DNA of 24,754 nucleotides from Bacteroidales bacterium (GTDB lineage Bacteria; Bacteroidota; Bacteroidia; Bacteroidales; UBA12077): NCBI GenBank assembly GCA_028282585.1, contig JANQHR010000143.1, positions 1 to 24,754 of the forward strand, read 5' to 3'. Shown piece by piece: positions 9,709 to 14,533 of this stretch (position 1 is its first letter; each line of letters starts with the position of its first letter). The notes under the pieces were generated by a model. It saw only the letters and a program-made list of their open reading frames with translations, ran no database searches and was not told where the DNA came from. The position numbers and the translations under genes were made by a program.

Positions 9709-10134
9709 GTGAATATTATGAAAAACTATGATAAAGAATATGAAAGTTTCTTTAAGAATTTTGGACCTTCTTTGCTTAAGGTAATAATTATAGGAGGAGT
9801 CGTAATTATATTATTGGCTGTATTACTGTTTTCTTTTGGTAGAAAGCATAATAAAATAGATGAAACTTACAATACTCATATTCGCGGAGTTATTGAAAAG
9901 AAATTTATATACCAGGGAAGTTCATGGGTAAGGGTAAAGAATTATCCTAAGAGGTATGTTTTGAAATATGCATATAATTATGATCTCGATCCAAATCATT
10001 TATCAGAATTTCTTCATGTAGGAGATTCAATTTATAAACCTATCCATACTGATAGTTTATTTATATATAGAAATGATAAAGAATATATTTTTATCTTAGG
10101 TAATTTAACTCTTAATAAAAATAAATTGAGATAA
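9709..10134 (+). CDS. Putative immunity protein for the RHS tip; single N-terminal TM helix plus soluble domain
   Basis: Starts 6 nt after the RHS stop (GTG 9709 or ATG 9718), is very AT-rich, and has the hydrophobic stretch VIIIGGVVIILLAVLLFSF. Function is inferred from position. Confidence 0.7.
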   Translation: MNIMKNYDKEYESFFKNFGPSLLKVIIIGGVVIILLAVLLFSFGRKHNKIDETYNTHIRGVIEKKFIYQGSSWVRVKNYPKRYVLKYAYNYDLDPNHLSEFLHVGDSIYKPIHTDSLFIYRNDKEYIFILGNLTLNKNKLR

Positions 10135-10146
10135 TAAACTTACGAT

Positions 10147-10174
10147 GCTAGCGCTCGTAAGTAACGAGTGCTAG
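10147..10174 (+). repeat. Hairpin element, copy 1 (GCTAGCGC-TCGTAAGTAACGA-GTGC)
   Basis: Stem CTAGCGCTCGT / ACGAGTGCTAG (11 bp, one G-T pair) with a 5-nt loop, 12 nt after the immunity stop. Same layout as the 10297 and 11154 elements. Confidence 0.7.
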
Positions 10175-10191
10175 TTTTTAATGTTCTTTGA

Positions 10192-10317
10192 AAAAGAGAA
10201 GTTGCGCAAGCTAGCGGAGATGAAGGAACAGGTCTTGTGAATTTAGAACCTGAGTACATTGGAGGAATTACTCCTGCAGTTGGAGTAGGAAATGCTCCCG
10301 CTCGCGCGGATTTATAA
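10192..10317 (+). pseudogene. Start-less remnant of a further RHS tip (KREVAQASGDEGTGLVNLEPEYIGGITPAVGVGNAPARADL*)
   Basis: TGCGCAAGCT at 10203-10212 is identical to 9210-9219 (the AQA junction of the main toxin). The frame runs into the hairpin element at 10297 and stops inside it. Confidence 0.5.
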
Positions 10318-10783
10318 TCCGGGCATAATAAGTGAGGAAAATAGTGATGGTGAAAATAAGGAGGATAAAGATGATGAGCAAGCTGATGGAGATGATTTGC
10401 CTGCAAAAGAGAAGTTCAATAAGGGTTTTGATAAAGCTTATTATTACGCTTATAATAATGCATTTGTTATAGGAAGTCACGATGGTTTTGTTAGACTAAC
10501 ATTTCATTATCCACTAAGCAGTAGTTTCCCTGTATCATTGAGAAGGGCATTTTGGCGCTTGTCTAGTTATGATCCATTTTTAGCAGGTCATAATGCGGGT
10601 TTAATTGATGGTAATTATTTTGGATATGTTCATGGTTATGAATGGGGGAATAATCAGCGAAAAGAATTTATAAAGAATAAAAGATTTGCACCTTGGGATA
10701 GTGATGTGCCCGCGGGGAAATATGATCCAGTATCTCCCCTTTTACCGGAATGGTATAAATATTATAAGCAATTGAAATTTTAA
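10292..10783 (+). CDS. Orphan RHS C-terminal toxin module (alternative tip)
   Basis: Begins with a copy of the main toxin linker (EENSDGENKEDKDDEQADG), then an unrelated ~130-aa domain with G/A-xxx-G periodicity. The ATG lies just upstream of the repeat and may be fortuitous. Confidence 0.8.
   Translation: MLPLARIYNPGIISEENSDGENKEDKDDEQADGDDLPAKEKFNKGFDKAYYYAYNNAFVIGSHDGFVRLTFHYPLSSSFPVSLRRAFWRLSSYDPFLAGHNAGLIDGNYFGYVHGYEWGNNQRKEFIKNKRFAPWDSDVPAGKYDPVSPLLPEWYKYYKQLKF
10297..10331 (+). repeat. 35-bp direct repeat / hairpin element, left of orphan cassette
   Basis: CCCGCTCGCGCGGATTTATAATCCGGGCATAATAA; 33/35 identical to 11154-11188; internal palindrome CGGATT-TAT-AATCCG. Confidence 0.92.
10333..10390 (+). 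repeat. Acidic linker copy 2 (30-bp internal deletion relative to copy 1)
   Basis: TGAGGAAAATAGTGATGGTGAAAATAAGGAGGATAAAGATGATGAGCAAGCTGATGGA versus 9138-9225; the deletion lies between the two GATGG(T/A)GAAA units. Confidence 0.9.
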
Positions 10784-10799
10784 TCTAAAACAAATTTTT

Positions 10800-11219
10800 A
10801 TGATGGATATTAAATTTAAAGTGAGTATATTAAATATTATAAATGCGTTAGGGATATTGATTTATTTGTTTAATCTAGTTATAACTCCATTTGAGTTTAC
10901 TTTTGGTACTTTTTCTTTTGGAATTTTCTGGTTTATTTTATTATTGTTACCTGCAATTGTTCCTATATTATTTAATAGTAAAGCATGGAAATATTTTGCT
11001 TTTATACTTGGAATTATATGTACATTGTTCAATCTAGTTATTGGGTTGGGGTATATTTTGGATAACCAAATGCAAATCGGTTTAATGTTAATATTTTATT
11101 GGAGTATCTTTGGAGTTTTAGCGATAGTATTCTGCTTTAAATGGATTAAACAACCCGCTCGCGCGGATTTACAATCCGGGCGTAATAATTTTAAAAAGGC
11201 CCTGATAAGCGCAGCTTAA
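10800..11219 (+). CDS. Putative immunity protein for the orphan tip; four predicted TM helices
   Basis: Starts 16 nt after the orphan stop and has four hydrophobic segments. The C-terminal tail (PARADLQSGRNN...) is read through the right-hand repeat. Confidence 0.72.
   Translation: MMDIKFKVSILNIINALGILIYLFNLVITPFEFTFGTFSFGIFWFILLLLPAIVPILFNSKAWKYFAFILGIICTLFNLVIGLGYILDNQMQIGLMLIFYWSIFGVLAIVFCFKWIKQPARADLQSGRNNFKKALISAA
11154..11188 (+). repeat. 35-bp direct repeat / hairpin element, right of orphan cassette
   Basis: CCCGCTCGCGCGGATTTACAATCCGGGCGTAATAA; 33/35 identical to 10297-10331, offset 857 bp. Confidence 0.92.
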
Positions 11220-11236
11220 TACATTAGTTAGAAGTT

Positions 11237-11267
11237 CGGCGTAGCATTCGCTACGTCGTTCTTTTTT
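11237..11267 (+). terminator. Probable intrinsic terminator ending the toxin locus
   Basis: CGGCGTAGC-ATTC-GCTACGTCG stem (9 bp, one G-T pair) followed by TTCTTTTTT. Confidence 0.6.
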
Positions 11268-11360
11268 GGTAGTTTTTAATTATCATTGTCTTGTAAAACA
11301 AAAAACACTCGGTGAAGTTTAACGTTAGGAATCAAGTAAGTTAATTGCTTATTAGGATTG

Positions 11361-11383
11361 TCACGCGTCATAGATGCGCCAGC
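11361..11383 (-). repeat. Degenerate inverted copy of the hairpin element
   Basis: The minus strand reads GCTGGCGC-ATCTATGACGC-GTGA (11-nt rather than 13-nt core); the plus strand forms the hairpin CGCGTC-ATA-GATGCG. Confidence 0.45.
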
Positions 11384-11500
11384 TGAGGCCTACCTAAATC
11401 GCTCGCACGAAAATTTGAACGAGATCAATTTTTAAATTACTTACATTTAAGTGCAAAAATATTGATATATTTATAATTGTTTTATTTAATACATTTTGAT

Positions 11501-11932
11501 ATGAATAAATTTCAAAGGTTTGCAGTTTTCGTTATAATGTTTACCACAATATTTATGGGATGTTCAAATGATATGGATGATGTTGTTGAAATCAGTATTG
11601 TTAACAATTCCAATGTCGAACTTGTTTTTTATGACATTAATAATAAACAATCACAATTAGATACGTCTGTTCGAGAAAATAATATATGGGAAGGAGGGGT
11701 ATCGGACTGGTATATTATAGAATCATATTCTTCTAAAGAGATCACAGAAATAAAATCGGTTTTGGAGAGTACTTTATCAGAAGGCTGGTATCAAGTATAT
11801 TTTTTTGTTCACGATACGGTAAAAAATAATTCATGGGAACAGATAAGAGAACACTACATGGTAGCTAAAAGAGTTGATATTGGAACATGGGAAGATCTGG
11901 AGACAATGAATTTTACAATATCATACCCATAG
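11501..11932 (+). CDS. Hypothetical lipoprotein
   Basis: From ATG 11501: MNKFQRFAVFVIMFTTIFMG-C lipobox followed by acidic SNDMDD. The ORF track start at 11477 is a TTG upstream. Confidence 0.75.
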   Translation: MNKFQRFAVFVIMFTTIFMGCSNDMDDVVEISIVNNSNVELVFYDINNKQSQLDTSVRENNIWEGGVSDWYIIESYSSKEITEIKSVLESTLSEGWYQVYFFVHDTVKNNSWEQIREHYMVAKRVDIGTWEDLETMNFTISYP

Positions 11933-12027
11933 CTTTTACGAAGTATGTTTAAAACCCGGTTCAACCGAGGCTAAAAAGAATATTTAAAACTAAAACAGTA
12001 AAGCCTGTGTCCGATTAACAAATAGAA

Positions 12028-12051
12028 AAGCTTAGGCTGTAACCTAAGCTT
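12028..12051. terminator. Probable bidirectional terminator between convergent lipoprotein genes
   Basis: Perfect 9-bp stem AAGCTTAGG-CTGTAA-CCTAAGCTT with an A-rich left flank and T-rich right flank. Confidence 0.55.
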
Positions 12052-12098
12052 AACTTTTGGAGATCTTTGTGCCGGCGAGAATATTTTCAACTTAATGA

Positions 12099-12132
12099 CT
12101 AATATCTAATTTCTAATTTCTAATTTCTAATT
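12099..12132. repeat. Heptamer tandem repeat (CTAATTT)x~5
   Basis: CTAATAT CTAATTT CTAATTT CTAATTT CTAATT; the last unit overlaps the stop codon of the minus-strand gene. Confidence 0.8.
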
Positions 12133-13404
12133 AGCTATAGTTATAGAGCTTAATAATTGTATATCAGTTAAATCAGAATAATCGTACTGATATAAACCAT
12201 CGTCGCCAATAAGCATTAATATTCCGTTTACCGGAATTACGTCATACGTTTCAATATCGGGAAATTTGGCAATCATATTATTATCAATATTCAACGGATC
12301 ATCCGCATCATAAATTTTCAAACCTTCGCTACCATCGCATATAAACAATGTTTCATTATCAATACCTAAACCATAAGGCTCGTTCATGCTATAAGATTTT
12401 ACATGGGTTGGTTCCGCTAAAATACTAATATCAATTACATCCAACTGGTTTGTTTCTCCCTGGCATAAATTTCCGGAACGTAATGTAACATAAGCATAAT
12501 CACCTTCAACAACTACAGGATCACAACTGGTCATATGCCAATAATCTGATATATATGTTGGATTATACGGATTACTTATATCATAGATAAACATTCCCTG
12601 TTGCGAACCAATAAATAAGCTGTTTCCCGATGGAAATACGGTTTCAATGTTCCATCCTACATAAATGGTTTTGGTCAGCATTATGTCATCAACAGTTTGT
12701 ATGTCAACAACATTCAATGAATAGCTATCAATAGTGTAAAGTGTATTATCTTTACCCGTAAATCGAGCCATAGATCCGCCTACACCAAATGATGAAGATC
12801 CGGATGCGTATCCGGCATTTCCGTTAGAATAGGAAGATAACATATAATCAGTACTTTCATACCATGGAAAAACCGGGTAATTATTTTGTTCAACCTCTCG
12901 GGTAACTTTTTTAATCTCCCACTCAACAACTATTCCTTTAGTATAATCAATATCATCGATGCGGTAACTCTCGTCGTATGGTGGTAAAATGTACGGGAAC
13001 AGATCTTTTATTCGGTTAACCTCGCTTATATTATTCAGATCGGAAATATCAAGAGCAACCAGATCAACATAGCTATCGGCATACAAAATGTCATCTTTGA
13101 CAGCAATATCAACATTACCCGGAATGTTGATAAATCCAATATTTTCAGGTGATGATGGATCAGCGTTATCTATAATATGAATTCCTTCAAGATACTCGTT
13201 AATAAATAAATAATCATTATAAAAATAGATCTTTCCGGGTTTTTCAAGGTTTTTTGAAGTTTCAAATTGAACGGAAGCTCTTAACTCTTCATAGGTAATG
13301 TAAATTGGAATATTAGCTGTATAAGTCTCAATAATTTTATCCTCACAACTAACTAAAAGAACAATACTAATATAAAATAGGATTAACTTAACATTTTTCA
13401 TCAC
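12127..13404 (-). CDS. LVIVD-repeat beta-propeller lipoprotein
   Basis: Lipobox LLVS-C; repeats GIHIIDNADPSSP, LVALDISD, GMFIYDISNPYNP, LDVIDIS and GLKIYDADDP; motifs GVGGSMARF and SCDPVVV. Confidence 0.85.
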   Translation of the reverse strand: MMKNVKLILFYISIVLLVSCEDKIIETYTANIPIYITYEELRASVQFETSKNLEKPGKIYFYNDYLFINEYLEGIHIIDNADPSSPENIGFINIPGNVDIAVKDDILYADSYVDLVALDISDLNNISEVNRIKDLFPYILPPYDESYRIDDIDYTKGIVVEWEIKKVTREVEQNNYPVFPWYESTDYMLSSYSNGNAGYASGSSSFGVGGSMARFTGKDNTLYTIDSYSLNVVDIQTVDDIMLTKTIYVGWNIETVFPSGNSLFIGSQQGMFIYDISNPYNPTYISDYWHMTSCDPVVVEGDYAYVTLRSGNLCQGETNQLDVIDISILAEPTHVKSYSMNEPYGLGIDNETLFICDGSEGLKIYDADDPLNIDNNMIAKFPDIETYDVIPVNGILMLIGDDGLYQYDYSDLTDIQLLSSITIAN

Positions 13405-13432
13405 GGTACAGCTTTAAAATTCTACATACCTA

Positions 13433-13462
13433 AGATGATACAATAAATAAAAGGGTTGCGTT
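13433..13462 (-). promoter_or_regulatory. Putative ECF sigma-dependent promoter for the LVIVD lipoprotein
   Basis: The minus strand reads AACGCAACC-N14-ATCATCT, identical in both boxes and spacing to 13493-13522 on the plus strand. Confidence 0.65.
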
Positions 13463-13492
13463 AAAATTACGGGATGAATTAAATTTTCTCCG

Positions 13493-13522
13493 AACGCAAC
13501 CAAGCCAATAATTTGATCATCT
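13493..13522 (+). promoter_or_regulatory. Putative ECF sigma-dependent promoter for the beta-barrel gene
   Basis: AACGCAACC-N14-ATCATCT ending 34 nt before ATG 13557. Confidence 0.65.
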
Positions 13523-13556
13523 AGCAAGTATATTTTTTAATTTAACTTATTGTTCA

Positions 13557-14342
13557 ATGAAGGATAAAAAAGTACTCCTAATCTTAATTTTTGTCTTTAC
13601 CGCCATGTTATTTTTTAGTCCTGCCGGCGCCCAAAAGTTACAGGATGTTGTTTTCTTAAAAAATGGTAGCATTTTGCGCGGAGAGATTATCAAAATAGAG
13701 ATGAATGAATCTATAACTTTACTAAATGATTGCGGTGATATCTGGGTAATAAATCAAGCCGATATAGAAAAAATTGAAAAGCAACCGGTAGTTAATAAAA
13801 CATTTGTTAAAAGAGATACTGCTGATAATATTGTTTATAAACGAAAAGGATTTTATTCTAATATCAACGTCGGATTTTTATTTGGTGGCGATATGGAAAC
13901 TCCATTTCCACCATTAAGTTTGCTTTTTGTAAGTGGATATCAATTTGATTGGGGGCTTGCAACAGGAGTTGGGCTCGGGTTGGATCTTCTTACAGAATCA
14001 TATATGCCTGTAATAGCTGACATCAGATACAATTTCAGAAATTCCCGGGTAAGTCATTATGTTTATGTTCAGGGTGGATACGCTATTGCAATCGAATCAC
14101 CGGACCCCTATGATTATGATTATTATGGGTCTTACGGATCAGATCTAAAATCAAAAGGAGGATACCTTATTAATCCCGGTATTGGATTTAAGTTAAACTT
14201 TAATGAAAGGAATGCTTTTTCATTTGGAATAGGATATAAGTACAGCGAAATATATCATACATATAAGGAATACAACGGACAGGAAATAGAAAGAACAATA
14301 AAATATAACCGTGTCTCATTGAGCTTTGGATATCATTTTTAA
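13557..14342 (+). CDS. Outer-membrane beta-barrel protein with small N-terminal domain
   Basis: Signal peptide ...PAGA/Q; N-terminal DVVFLKNGSILRGEII domain; amphipathic strands; C-terminal BAM-type signal VSLSFGYHF. Confidence 0.75.
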   Translation: MKDKKVLLILIFVFTAMLFFSPAGAQKLQDVVFLKNGSILRGEIIKIEMNESITLLNDCGDIWVINQADIEKIEKQPVVNKTFVKRDTADNIVYKRKGFYSNINVGFLFGGDMETPFPPLSLLFVSGYQFDWGLATGVGLGLDLLTESYMPVIADIRYNFRNSRVSHYVYVQGGYAIAIESPDPYDYDYYGSYGSDLKSKGGYLINPGIGFKLNFNERNAFSFGIGYKYSEIYHTYKEYNGQEIERTIKYNRVSLSFGYHF

Positions 14343-14372
14343 AAGAAACTTGTTGTTTTCAAAATAATTCAT

Positions 14373-14415
14373 CGCTTCTTTATGTTTAATGATAAACAGA
14401 GAAGCGTTTTTATTT
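14373..14415 (+). terminator. Probable intrinsic terminator
   Basis: CGCTTCT...AGAAGCG with inner TGTTTA/TAAACA stem, followed by TTTTTATTT. Confidence 0.5.
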
Positions 14416-14533
14416 GGTTTTTGATTAAACATTTGGTATGTGGATAAAAAGGATTTATCTTTTGATAACTTTTATAGCAATTTAAAATTAAATTCATTAT
14501 TCTGATGTAATTTCAACTTGTAATTAACTAACT

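Noticed and set aside
9098-10480. Minus-strand His-rich ORFs 9098-9298 and 10140-10406 sharing HQLAHHLYPPYF, and ORF 10268-10480
   Set aside because: They are antisense read-outs of the duplicated GAT/GAA-rich linker, not genes.
10297-11188. IS element or composite transposon
   Set aside because: The repeats are direct rather than terminal inverted, and no transposase ORF or target-site duplication is visible.
10147-11383. CRISPR array interpretation of the 35-bp repeats
   Set aside because: There are only two near-identical copies, 857 bp apart and enclosing genes, with no regular spacers or cas genes.
11220-11500. tRNA or structured ncRNA in the intergenic region
   Set aside because: No cloverleaf or T-loop signature; only short hairpins explained as a terminator or degenerate repeat elements.
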